Shown piece after piece: positions 18,841 to 28,907 of a stretch of DNA of 64,000 nt. Every line of letters starts with the position of its first letter. Positions within the stretch are counted from its first letter, which is position 1. The stretch is from a bacterium (GTDB taxonomy: Bacteria; Hinthialibacterota; Hinthialibacteria; Hinthialibacterales; Hinthialibacteraceae). Position numbers and translations under genes: made by a program. Location of the stretch: contig CAXXMV010000002.1 of the NCBI GenBank assembly GCA_963662285.2, forward strand, positions 480,001 to 544,000, written 5' to 3'. The notes under the pieces are model-generated. The model did no database searches. It saw only the letters and a list, made by a program, of their open reading frames with translations, and had not been told where the DNA came from.

Positions 18841-20496
18841 TTGGTTTTAAAGCAAAAGCAAAGTAAAAATCTCATCATGGCAAGCTATATTTCTTCATCC
18901 TTAAAACAAAAACTATTTCTAATCATCCCCGCTATCATTCTGCTGGTGGTATCGTTGGCGGTTGAGTATTCCGTAATCCAGCAGACCGGTCGTTCGGCCT
19001 ATCCCATAGACGATCCATACATCCACATGGCTATGGCGCGGCATTTTGCGCAAGACGGGGTGTTCGGCGTTTCCAAGGCTGGATTCAGCGCATCATCATC
19101 TTCGCCATTATGGACCCTGCTGTTAAGCGCTTCATTTATCGTGATCGGAGTCCATGAATCTCTGCCTTGGTTGTTAAACCTGTTTTTTGGATTGATACTG
19201 GCGTTTATATTGACGCGCATGTTATCAGAGCGATTGCAATCTTCATGGGCGGCGGCGTTTTTGTGCATCGCGATTATCTTTGTTTTACCGCTGCCAACCC
19301 TGGTCGCCCTCGGCATGGAGCATACTCTTCACATTTTGCTCATGCTGTTGATCATGGGATTTGCCTGCAAATCGTTGCTGAACCAAGATGATGCATCGAC
19401 GGTGATTTTGGCCTTATTGGTTATGCTTTCGGTAATGGTCCGGTTCGAGTCGGTCTTCGTGGCGGCGCCATTGGTTATGATAGGATTATTCGCAAGAAAA
19501 TGGCGCTTGGTATTAATCGTAATCGCAGCCTGCGCGGGGCCTATCCTTATACAGGGTATAATCAACATCAACCAAGGTTGGTTCTTCTTTCCATCTTCGG
19601 TGATGCTAAAAAGCGTGATTCAAGGCAGCGGCTGGGAGAAAATACTCGACGTCCCGGATCGTCTATACGGCCAACTACTGGGTACGCCGCATTTGACGGT
19701 TTTATTCATGTTTTCCATTGCGGCTCTGTTAAGTGCGTTACACCGTTCCGGTTCTATCATAAACCGCGACTCCATCTGGAGCCTTACTTTTTTAGGCGCC
19801 GTCATACTTCATTGCTCTTGCGCTTCGACAGGATGGTTTTACAGGTATGAAGCGTACTTGATAACAATTGGCTTGATAGGATTAACGCCATTAATCAGGG
19901 AAACATTTATCGCCCTGCGGGGAAAATGGCGTAATATCCAATCCACCAGCGAGAGATATCTTTTTGGCGGCGTATTATGCGGACTGGTCATTCTAAGCCC
20001 TGCGCCATTTTATAAGAATATCCTCTCGATCCGCTTGTTGGTTCCCGCAGCGCGTAATATGTATCACCAACAGTATCAAATGGGGCTTTTTCTGCGCGAG
20101 TATTATCAAAACCAAGCCGTGCTGGCTAATGATATTGGAGCGATCAATTTTCTGGCTGATATCGATTGTCTTGATATTATGGGATTAGGAAGCCTTGAGC
20201 CGATCCAAGCCAGAATGGTGGGAACCTGGAGTCCACGCATATTGCATTCATGGTGTATGCTGCGCAAGGCGCCGGTTGCCATGGTTTATGAAAGTTGGAT
20301 TAAAAATGTTCTCCCGTCAGTATGGATCAAAGTAGGAGAATGGACCATTACTGAAAAGGTTTCGGTGGCGGATTCTACAGTCAGTTTCTTTGCTATTATC
20401 CCACAACATGCCGAAACGCTTTGCGCCAATCTGAAAGAATTTGAAGCCAGGCTGCCGGATGGAGTGATATTGAAACTAATTGATAATCAACCATGA
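18841..20496 (+). CDS. Polytopic membrane protein, probable GT-C glycosyltransferase
   Basis: First-loop DDPYIH, SSSPLW, GME, RFE, RY and C-terminal NDIGAI...DIMGL. Confidence 0.7.
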   Translation: MVLKQKQSKNLIMASYISSSLKQKLFLIIPAIILLVVSLAVEYSVIQQTGRSAYPIDDPYIHMAMARHFAQDGVFGVSKAGFSASSSSPLWTLLLSASFIVIGVHESLPWLLNLFFGLILAFILTRMLSERLQSSWAAAFLCIAIIFVLPLPTLVALGMEHTLHILLMLLIMGFACKSLLNQDDASTVILALLVMLSVMVRFESVFVAAPLVMIGLFARKWRLVLIVIAACAGPILIQGIININQGWFFFPSSVMLKSVIQGSGWEKILDVPDRLYGQLLGTPHLTVLFMFSIAALLSALHRSGSIINRDSIWSLTFLGAVILHCSCASTGWFYRYEAYLITIGLIGLTPLIRETFIALRGKWRNIQSTSERYLFGGVLCGLVILSPAPFYKNILSIRLLVPAARNMYHQQYQMGLFLREYYQNQAVLANDIGAINFLADIDCLDIMGLGSLEPIQARMVGTWSPRILHSWCMLRKAPVAMVYESWIKNVLPSVWIKVGEWTITEKVSVADSTVSFFAIIPQHAETLCANLKEFEARLPDGVILKLIDNQP

Positions 20497-20514
20497 GCCA
20501 GGTCTCTGCAACAT

Positions 20515-23500
20515 TTAAGGCGTATACCGGTATTTGTTATTCTTATGCGTCTCTTCATCGACGATTTCATCGGGATCGATATTGATTTCCAGATACTCGA
20601 TATTGGCCGGTATTTTGATGCCGCCGAAAGCTTGAAAGTCTCCAGATTTAATGCTGTATAGTTTGGGCAGCCGGATAGTTTCGGTTTTTTGTTGGTCGGC
20701 TTGTTTAAGTTCTAATTCAATAACGATTTTCTCTGCATCGCTCTCGCCCTGGTTGAGCGTTTCAAAGTAAACTTGAAGCCGTTTGCCCGACTCAATTGAC
20801 CTGACATTCACTTTAGTCGCGTCGACAATTAAATCAGCCTTCTTACGAATATATAAATCGCTTTCAATTGTATTATTATCAGGGTTCTCTTCTTTGATAC
20901 GATTATACTGATCCAGAATCAATTGTAATCGATTCTCTCCTGCATTGTCTGTCGGATCCCACCGAACCTGAACTGACGCTTCTTCCCCTGGATTAAGTTG
21001 TTCGATCAGGTCTCCTGTTGACCCAACGGTTACGGTCAGCATCTTTTTTTGATCTCTTTTAGTAACGTCGTATCCCTGGATAGAAATTCGGGATGCCCCT
21101 GCCTTCCCCTCATTACAAACCTTGGCTTTGAGAAATACGGTTTCTCCAGATCGAGGAGATTTGGGCATGAAATAAAGCGATTGAGGAACAAAGTGTAATT
21201 CCGGTAGACATCCAGTCGATGGCTCAATCAATGATGCTGGGTTGATATTATTGGCCATCATAACAGCGCCATGAGAAACCTTGATCCGGTTTTCACTCAT
21301 GCTAGTTAAATCAATACCAATTTTTCGTATGTCATATTCATTATTTGTAGGAATTTTGAATATCCCGTCAACAGTTTGTGTCTGTCGGTTGAATCGGTAA
21401 GTTTTAGGGTCTGGCAGGATTTCCATATCATTCTCCGCCCAGATTTCATACCTGTTCCTGACGCTGTTAGTATCCGATGGATTCCATGAAAAATCGATTT
21501 GGTCTTCCCGTTTTGCAGCCACGCCTTCTATTTTTTCAAATACAGGAAACTGAATCGTAGGATCGCCCAGTATTGCAAATTGGTTTACCGGTTCAAAAAA
21601 TGAACTGTTGCAGAATCCATAGAGATTGGCGGCATAGAATATCTGTCCAAGAGTTGAGAACTGATCCTCAAAGGCGGCGTGATGCATCCCACGGGCCAGA
21701 ACAATATGATCAGTGGGATACCCCCGACCAGTCGCCCCGACCAAAGCAATCGCCCCGCCGTTTTTGAAAGTAAGCAGGTCTTCGCCAATCGAGATATTCC
21801 ATTTGTCGCGGGGATAATCAAACTTGGCGGTTTCACAAGTGAAGCCCCACAGAATAGGCAGTTTGCCCTGGTTTGTCAGTTTACGGACATCAGAGTATTT
21901 CGAACCGCCTCCGAAAAACATACGTTCATTGCCCAAAACATTGGGCGCCCCATGCCCGAAATAATTCCACAAAAAGACGCCCTGATTAACAATATCGATT
22001 ATATCATCAGTGGCCTCCGGGCTGGTTTTAGCGCGCATTTGCGCCCGCAGCCGTTCCGGTAAATAAATATTATCAACCAATGGGTAATCAGCGATATGCC
22101 GCTGTAACATGCGGAATTCTGGTGGTATCCAGTCTTCTACTAATTCTTCAGAATATTTCTCGAAAGTATGATCCGTCAAGACGAAAACTTTGTTGAGCCA
22201 CGGCCCCAACGTCGGCTTGGTTTTGTAGCGGATAGTTTTATCTATCAATACTTTCAAACCCTCAGCAGACCGAACCGGCCACCGGGCAATGATGCAATCA
22301 GATAATACATCCTGGGGATCATCATTACGCACGAACCAATTTTCCACGGCGTATTTTTCATTTTCACGATAACCGGGAATATAATTATGAACGTTATTTT
22401 TATATCTTCCCCAATAATCCCATGTGGCGTCGCCGACCAGCAGAACATAAGACGCATGGGGGCGCTCCCAGTTGTGATAAGCAAATCTTAGAAAATCACG
22501 GATATTGTGTGGAGACATCCGCCCATCGCCGAAGGTATCGTCGATATCCTCGCGTGCTGCATGGCGTACGCGGTAACCGGCATCGCCCAGCGATTTCTCG
22601 AATGGACTCAGCGTCGACAGCCAGTCTCGCGGCGATATGATAATCACATCTGCACTTTGCAAATCGGTTAGCAGGGGATTATTCGCCAATAAATTGTTGA
22701 CTGGAGTAAAGGTGACATCCGAAATAATAGTATTGTTGGATTGTGCGAATAATCGCCATTGGCTTGGTTCATCTGGCAATTCGACGGTCGTGTTTTTTCC
22801 TTGAACCAGACCAATATCTTCGGTTTTCAAACCATCGTTTCGTATTAACCACAAGCGTTCAGTCTCAGGCGCAAGTGAAATAACTGGATGTCCGGTTGGA
22901 TTCCAATATGGCTTGGTTGAAGGAATGAGTTTTGTTTTAACCTTAAATTCAATCCAGTCCAGAAAAATGCCATTATCCGACCTGGAAGAGCTAGGTTCAA
23001 AATCAAGGTTTAAGGTTAATGAATTGGTTCCATCTCTTAAAACATTTGGAGCGATAAGAATATCTGCTCTGAATAATCCCGTCTTGGTACGTTCGATCTC
23101 GCAATCAATCTGCTTCCTATTTAGTCGCATAGAAAGAGCATCAGTGGCAAGCGAGATATATGATTTATTGGTTTTAATCACAATAGAGGCTGTAGCCGGT
23201 TGAATAACGTCATTCCGGGGAAGAGTAAACTCAATGCTCTTGCTGGAATCTGTTATAAAATCATGCCACATCCAATAATTGGCCTGTTTTTCGGTTTTAT
23301 CTTCACCCGATATAAATATGTTATCTTCTTCCAGCCTTATATGCTGCTCCAGCGTATCCGCGCCATTGGGATTATCCATGCCTTTATGAAGCGGCATGGC
23401 AATATGGCGCTCAGCAATAGAAGCCAGCCATGCCACCGAATCAGGCGAGTAGGGCGATGATGAAGCAGGCGTGTAGTATTGAATAACATCTCCGGTTTCG

Positions 23501-24318
23501 ATATTCCCATCCGATTTATAGCGCCCGTTTTTATCTATAACAGTGAATGGGATTGCGGTTCGGTCTCGAAATAACGCCAAATGATTGTATGAGATATCTT
23601 TATCAGGTTTATTACTGGCAAAGAATTGGATAACAGGTTCTGCCGGAATACTGATAACGCCATGAGAACGCGTTTGAATTTTTAATGCCGGCGTCTGGAA
23701 ATAGGGCGCCTTTTCAACCAGTGGGATAACTGACTTTGCTTCTTTCAAAGGCGGATAATTAATAATGAGTTTCCGGGCAATGTCATCTAAGGATTTAGGC
23801 AAATCTACAAACGGTTTGTCATCCAGTTTACTAAAAATAATTGCAACTTCGCCGCTGGGATATTTGATGAAGGCATTTTCACTTATCGATTTTGGCAGTT
23901 TCCTGGCGCTTAAATCGATTGAGAAGGCAGCCAGGCGTGAACCGGCCAGCAAACCTATTTCGCGCAGATTGATCCGGGGCAAAATCCATTTTTCATGATT
24001 GAGTCGAATGTTGGTCTGGTCGCCCGCCGAAATGGCGCCATCTTCCTGCTGCGCTTCCCATGTGAAACTGGAGATAGAATAAGATGCAGACGAAATTGGT
24101 CCCGGCGCAAAAAACAATATACGTTCGTTCTGCGCATCGCTCACGACAGCGTCCCAAGTCAGAACAATTTTATCTACAGTATTTTGCTTGATTGAAATAA
24201 TGGGAGAGAGTAAGGCCTCTTTTGATTCGGCTAGGTATGAAGAAAGTATAATAACTAACGACCCTATAACACAACAGACATTATTAAGTATTCGCATTAT
24301 TGAACCTAAAAAAAACAC
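20515..24318 (-). CDS. C25 family (gingipain/PorU-like) cysteine peptidase with C-terminal CARDB/Ig domains
   Basis: Signal peptide; YVLLVGDA, catalytic NYFGHG (His) and FTCET (Cys), GGAIA, ILGDP; CARDB-like ends (E..NN). Confidence 0.85.
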   Translation of the reverse strand: MFFLGSIMRILNNVCCVIGSLVIILSSYLAESKEALLSPIISIKQNTVDKIVLTWDAVVSDAQNERILFFAPGPISSASYSISSFTWEAQQEDGAISAGDQTNIRLNHEKWILPRINLREIGLLAGSRLAAFSIDLSARKLPKSISENAFIKYPSGEVAIIFSKLDDKPFVDLPKSLDDIARKLIINYPPLKEAKSVIPLVEKAPYFQTPALKIQTRSHGVISIPAEPVIQFFASNKPDKDISYNHLALFRDRTAIPFTVIDKNGRYKSDGNIETGDVIQYYTPASSSPYSPDSVAWLASIAERHIAMPLHKGMDNPNGADTLEQHIRLEEDNIFISGEDKTEKQANYWMWHDFITDSSKSIEFTLPRNDVIQPATASIVIKTNKSYISLATDALSMRLNRKQIDCEIERTKTGLFRADILIAPNVLRDGTNSLTLNLDFEPSSSRSDNGIFLDWIEFKVKTKLIPSTKPYWNPTGHPVISLAPETERLWLIRNDGLKTEDIGLVQGKNTTVELPDEPSQWRLFAQSNNTIISDVTFTPVNNLLANNPLLTDLQSADVIIISPRDWLSTLSPFEKSLGDAGYRVRHAAREDIDDTFGDGRMSPHNIRDFLRFAYHNWERPHASYVLLVGDATWDYWGRYKNNVHNYIPGYRENEKYAVENWFVRNDDPQDVLSDCIIARWPVRSAEGLKVLIDKTIRYKTKPTLGPWLNKVFVLTDHTFEKYSEELVEDWIPPEFRMLQRHIADYPLVDNIYLPERLRAQMRAKTSPEATDDIIDIVNQGVFLWNYFGHGAPNVLGNERMFFGGGSKYSDVRKLTNQGKLPILWGFTCETAKFDYPRDKWNISIGEDLLTFKNGGAIALVGATGRGYPTDHIVLARGMHHAAFEDQFSTLGQIFYAANLYGFCNSSFFEPVNQFAILGDPTIQFPVFEKIEGVAAKREDQIDFSWNPSDTNSVRNRYEIWAENDMEILPDPKTYRFNRQTQTVDGIFKIPTNNEYDIRKIGIDLTSMSENRIKVSHGAVMMANNINPASLIEPSTGCLPELHFVPQSLYFMPKSPRSGETVFLKAKVCNEGKAGASRISIQGYDVTKRDQKKMLTVTVGSTGDLIEQLNPGEEASVQVRWDPTDNAGENRLQLILDQYNRIKEENPDNNTIESDLYIRKKADLIVDATKVNVRSIESGKRLQVYFETLNQGESDAEKIVIELELKQADQQKTETIRLPKLYSIKSGDFQAFGGIKIPANIEYLEINIDPDEIVDEETHKNNKYRYTP

Positions 24319-24357
24319 AAAGTAGAAAGTTAAGTAAACGAATTTTCGCCAATCTCT

Positions 24358-24729
24358 CTAGCGGGATATCAGTTCCCACCCTACAGGAATTTTTCCTTGG
24401 GCAAGCGTATCGTAAGCGAGCTCATCAAATATGCGTTCGTCATTTTCGTCAACCAGAAAAAGTCGCTCGCCTATTTCAATATGATCATCGTCACCGAAGG
24501 GAGAAGCTAATTCGCTGTGCCATAATAGCATTCCATGAAGCGTCTCGAATCCCTTGCTCATTAAAGACTCAGGCGCATCTTGTTCATAATAATCCTGCAA
24601 AGCAAGCATCAGGGGCGATTCAGTATCTTCCAATTCTCCATAGAAGAAAAAGTTCGCATTATCCATATGCGAACGCAACAGAATTCCTTCTTCGTCGACA
24701 AGGAAAATTTCAACCTGGATATCCATCAA
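24358..24729 (-). CDS. Small acidic hypothetical protein
   Basis: 123-aa ORF with protein-like composition, co-oriented with its neighbours. Confidence 0.65.
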   Translation of the reverse strand: MMDIQVEIFLVDEEGILLRSHMDNANFFFYGELEDTESPLMLALQDYYEQDAPESLMSKGFETLHGMLLWHSELASPFGDDDHIEIGERLFLVDENDERIFDELAYDTLAQGKIPVGWELISR

Positions 24730-24924
24730 TTCTACAATCCTTCAATCAATATCAAATGATATTGCTATTACTATTACGCTTAACAAAATGTCTATATTCA
24801 AAATTCTTTCGCATTCATATAAGCCTGCTTTTCCGCTTATATGATGAACGAATTATGCAAGATTCAATTATAGACGAATGAAGGATAATTTGCCGATAGA
24901 TAGACCGCAGTAATTATTCGGATA

Positions 24925-25407
24925 TTAATTGGTTTCTACTTTCACTTGGGCGATGCCTTTTCTTTCGAAATCCAGTTTCCGGGCGGCGGCGCGGGAAACA
25001 TCTATTATACGACCTTTTGTGAATGGACCCCGATCATTGATGCGCAGGTAGACGGATTTCCCGTTTTCAAGGTTGGTGACTTTGACGTTTGTATCAAATG
25101 GCAGCGTCGGATGAGCGGCAGTCATTTCATACATGCTATATTTATCTCCGCTAGCGGTTCGCTTGCCATGAAATTGTCGGCCATACCATGAAGCCTGACC
25201 AACTTCTGCATTACTACTGACTGTCTGCGTATGGGTTGTCTTTGTCGGTTGAGATTTAGCAGTTTTATTATTGCCAATGCCAAATGTGGGGATGGGAATC
25301 GGAATCCGGACAACTTTAAAACCGGCGCAACCCGTCATGGATAGCAGAAATGCGCTTAGTATGATGATATGTATTATAAGTTTATTTGATTTTTGTATCT
25401 TGTTCAT
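24925..25407 (-). CDS. rlpA: Septal ring lytic transglycosylase RlpA family lipoprotein
   Basis: Lipobox MTGC; GQASWYG..FHG..TASG, TAAHPTLPF, RINDRGPF and IIDVS motifs. Confidence 0.93.
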   Translation of the reverse strand: MNKIQKSNKLIIHIIILSAFLLSMTGCAGFKVVRIPIPIPTFGIGNNKTAKSQPTKTTHTQTVSSNAEVGQASWYGRQFHGKRTASGDKYSMYEMTAAHPTLPFDTNVKVTNLENGKSVYLRINDRGPFTKGRIIDVSRAAARKLDFERKGIAQVKVETN

Positions 25408-25451
25408 TACCGGACTCCATCTTTGGTATGAATAATATTTTGAAAACCACT

Positions 25452-25574
25452 CTAGCAGTATGATCAGTTTCTTTTGTCAGGTAGTCTTCCGTAATTCCCC
25501 CTCACCCTAGTCCTCTCCTGGGGGGGAGAGAGGGTACGAGGTCGCCCGACAAAAGGAGTTGGTCAGAGTACTAG
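25452..25574. mobile_element. MITE-like element with imperfect terminal inverted repeats and an internal CCCTC hairpin
   Basis: 30-nt arms at 25452-25481 and 25545-25574 match 22/30. Both ends are CTAG. Internal ccctcaccctagtcctctcc...ggagagaggg. Confidence 0.6.
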
Positions 25575-25730
25575 TTGGGATATCTTAATCTTAACTATAT
25601 TTCTGTGACTATTTTTTTAATGATAAATCTTTCTTTCTAAGATATATTTTCGGATGCGACAAATTATACTTTAGCAAATATAATTCCCTGGAATTCAACA
25701 TTATCAATAAATCAAATTCGGATGGATGCA

Positions 25731-26162
25731 TCAGCTGGATTGTAAAACCGCCGGTGGATGAGCGCGATTAACAATAAACGTAATAGCATTGCCTTTGTCG
25801 TTGAATTGCAATTCATGGGTGAATTGCTGAATAAGATAAACGCCACGCCCTGATGTCTTGTGGAGATAGGGTTCCTGCGTGGGGTTAACAAGAGTTGTCT
25901 GGTCGAAGCCATCACCTTCGTCTTGCACAGTAATTGCAATTTGAGATCTATCACAAAGAGCAATAATGTGTATTACCTTGCCTTCATCACGCTGGTTTCC
26001 ATGGATTATCGCATTAATTAATGCTTCATCCATCGCCAAGCGCAAGCAGAAACAAGAATCGCCATCGTATCCCAACTCGCTGGCGCATTCCAATATTTCC
26101 TGCTCTACAGAGTAGATTGCATCGACTTTGCTCTTGATACGAAAATCGAGTCTAGTTGCCAT
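25731..26162 (-). CDS. RsbW-like anti-sigma factor / Ser-Thr kinase (HATPase_c_2)
   Basis: LAMDEALINAIIHGN, DEGDGFD and SGRGVYLI motifs. Confidence 0.88.
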   Translation of the reverse strand: MATRLDFRIKSKVDAIYSVEQEILECASELGYDGDSCFCLRLAMDEALINAIIHGNQRDEGKVIHIIALCDRSQIAITVQDEGDGFDQTTLVNPTQEPYLHKTSGRGVYLIQQFTHELQFNDKGNAITFIVNRAHPPAVLQSS

Positions 26163-26363
26163 AACAATTGAACCAGTCAAAGCCAACCGACGAGCCTAAA
26201 ATTTATACTATGAATATATTAACAAATACATCGTAGAAGTCCCAATGCAACCCGTCAAGAGAAATTTTATCTTTCTTTTGTACAGAGGATTACTCATTCC
26301 TTAATTAAGTACAATCACCTGTCACAATATGTTCATATAAAACAGTATATTATGCGCAAATAT

Positions 26364-27338
26364 TTAATTGCCCACCAACTCTATATCTGCATGAACCATC
26401 ATGTCAACCAAATTATCAAATTTAACTTCCGGCGTCCATTGTAGTTTCTCTTGCGCTTTTTGCGCATTTCCAATAAGTGTAAACACTTCCGCAGGTCTGA
26501 ACAATTCAGCGTCTATTTCAATATGTTCCTGCCAATTCAGTCCTACAGAAGTGAAAGCCCGCTCCACAAATTCCTGCACTGAATGGGTTTCTCCTGTAGC
26601 AATAACAAAATCTCTTGGTTCATTCTGCTGGAGCATTAACCACATCGCTTTTACATAGTCTCCCGCGAATCCCCAATCTCTTTTGGCATCCAGGTTTCCC
26701 AGTTTGAGTGATTCCAGATTTCCCAGTTTTATATTCGCTACGGCGTTGCTGATTTTTCTGGTGACGAATTCAAATCCACGCCGGGGGCTTTCATGGTTGA
26801 ATAAAATTCCCGATACGCAAAACAGGCCATAAGCCTCTCGATAATTGCGGGATAGATGATGACCTGCAACCTTTGAAATTCCATAAGCGGATCTGGGATT
26901 GAATGGAGTGGATTCATCTTGGGGCATGATATCGGCGTTACCAAACATCTCGCTTGAACCAGCGAAGTAGACTTTACACTCTGGAACCAGTTCTTTTATG
27001 GCGGACAATACGTAATGCGTACCATTTATATTTGTATTGATTGTCGAAAATTCATCTTCAAACGAATAACTCACAAAACTCTGCGCCGCCAGGTGATAAC
27101 ATTCATCAGGCCGTATTTTATGAACTACATGAAATATACTGGCATAACTGTCGAGCGCTCCTGCATGTAGGTGGAGGCGATCTTTGAATGACCTGATGCG
27201 CCATAATCTATGAACCGGATCCTCCAATGCAACCCGCCTGATAAGTCCATGAACCTCGTATCCTTTTTCGAGTAGCAATTCCGCCAGATACGATCCATCT
27301 TGACCTGTTATACCCGTAATAAATGCTTTTTTCGCCAT
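26364..27338 (-). CDS. gmd: GDP-mannose 4,6-dehydratase
   Basis: ITGITGQDGSYLA, LAAQSFV, SSEMFG, YGISK, LFNHESPRRG and RDWG motifs. Confidence 0.96.
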   Translation of the reverse strand: MAKKAFITGITGQDGSYLAELLLEKGYEVHGLIRRVALEDPVHRLWRIRSFKDRLHLHAGALDSYASIFHVVHKIRPDECYHLAAQSFVSYSFEDEFSTINTNINGTHYVLSAIKELVPECKVYFAGSSEMFGNADIMPQDESTPFNPRSAYGISKVAGHHLSRNYREAYGLFCVSGILFNHESPRRGFEFVTRKISNAVANIKLGNLESLKLGNLDAKRDWGFAGDYVKAMWLMLQQNEPRDFVIATGETHSVQEFVERAFTSVGLNWQEHIEIDAELFRPAEVFTLIGNAQKAQEKLQWTPEVKFDNLVDMMVHADIELVGN

Positions 27339-27708
27339 TATAATAACATAAATCCTTTCAGATATTACAAATACCTAAGACTGGAAAATACTTATACTCT
27401 CCAGCAATTGTAAGCATAAATCCAATGAAATCAATCCAAAGAGAGATGCCTTCACCTGCTCATTTTATTGCAATTTGATAGAGTTGTAATCTAAAACATA
27501 TCATTTTGTAATTAAACGTATGGAAACATTGACCGCAAATATATTGATAATTAAATTCTATCTTCGTAAACTAATGAAAATAAATGACTTAAATCTCTCC
27601 ATGAATAATATGATTAAAATTAGTGGTTATGGACTAGAAATTGCTAATTAATATGTTAATTAATGCAACTTTTTTATAATGCTGATATCATACGGTTGAG
27701 GAAGCAAA

Positions 27709-27906
27709 ATGAATATACCAGTTCGAGTTAACCTAAAAAGCATTCTAACCACGTCAGTAGTTCTTATGGTGTTACTCTGTTCCACTGCTTTTGTTAAATC
27801 TCTTCATCATAAAGCCCTGGATCGAGCTATCCGTGATGCTCCAGAGCGCGTAATGCAGTATTCAAAATCATTTCATATTGATTTTAGAGATATAACAAAT
27901 CCGTAA
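27709..27906 (+). CDS. Small hypothetical membrane/exported protein
   Basis: GAGG RBS and a hydrophobic N-terminal segment; 65 aa. Confidence 0.5.
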   Translation: MNIPVRVNLKSILTTSVVLMVLLCSTAFVKSLHHKALDRAIRDAPERVMQYSKSFHIDFRDITNP

Positions 27907-27910
27907 CGTC

Positions 27911-28750
27911 TTAGATTAGATCAGCGAATTCGTTATGACTGCGGGTAAACGCCCAGTACCCTAGCATGAAGGATCCAACTGAGATGCAGGCGAATATCCC
28001 CCAGGTAGATAGTGAAGGCCATTCACCGAATAAAACTAGATCGTGGTTGATCATAATCATATAAGTTATGGGATTGGTATACATGATTTTTTGAAGGTAG
28101 GGATGTTTATCAAGATACTCAACCATGTAAAACATGGGAGCAGCCCACATCAGAATCATGGTTGCAGTCGATACTAATGGACCAATATCCCTGATATAGG
28201 TATTCATCGTAGAAAATAAGAATCCCACACCAAGCATAAATATTATTTGCAGAACAAGCACGATGGGAAAAGCAACCATAGTAACCGGGATTGTATGATT
28301 AACAATCAACAGGGCTATTAATAGAATAATAGTACCAATTAATTGATTAACTACGCCGGATAATGTGATATATGTCGGGATAACCTTAGCCGGGAAGCAG
28401 ACCTGTTTGATCAGGTGACCATTATCAACGATACTGGTAGTAGACCTGACCAGCGCTTCCTGAAAAGCATACCAGGGCAGCAAACCGCAAAAAATGTAAA
28501 AAGCAAAATCCAGGGTTTTAGGTTGATCACCTAATTTGGATGGTTGTCCCGGGAACAGTATTCCAAATACAACCGTATAAACGGCCAGCAGAATGAGGGG
28601 ATTGATTACCGACCAGAAAAAGCCCATCGCCGAGCCGACGTATCTCGCTTGCAGGTCGCGGCGCAAGAATTCCCATAACAAATGACGGTGAAATAAAATA
28701 TGTCCTATACGCTTCTTCATAATTATATCAATAATAATCCACTGGCCCAT
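27911..28750 (-). CDS. ABC-2 polysaccharide export permease (Wzm-like)
   Basis: RDLQARYVGSAMGFFWS.INPL, GLLPW, IRDI, NP and terminal EFADLI. Confidence 0.9.
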   Translation of the reverse strand: MGQWIIIDIIMKKRIGHILFHRHLLWEFLRRDLQARYVGSAMGFFWSVINPLILLAVYTVVFGILFPGQPSKLGDQPKTLDFAFYIFCGLLPWYAFQEALVRSTTSIVDNGHLIKQVCFPAKVIPTYITLSGVVNQLIGTIILLIALLIVNHTIPVTMVAFPIVLVLQIIFMLGVGFLFSTMNTYIRDIGPLVSTATMILMWAAPMFYMVEYLDKHPYLQKIMYTNPITYMIMINHDLVLFGEWPSLSTWGIFACISVGSFMLGYWAFTRSHNEFADLI

Positions 28751-28907
28751 TATCGCAAAGGATAAGGTATAGGTTGATTATATCTAAGAGAAGAAACTGA
28801 TGTTATCACCTAACCGGAATTTATTATACTGGATATAATTCATAACTTATTATCTTGTTGGAACTATATTCTTAAATATCAGAACAATACCAGGGAGGAA
28901 CGAAAAA

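Noticed and set aside
24300-24881. 193-aa + strand ORF
   Set aside because: Antisense to 24358-24729, with atypical composition and no motifs.
24871-24899. Second sigma-28-like GCCGATAG
   Set aside because: No properly spaced TAAA -35 element, and it points into the 3' end of a convergent gene.
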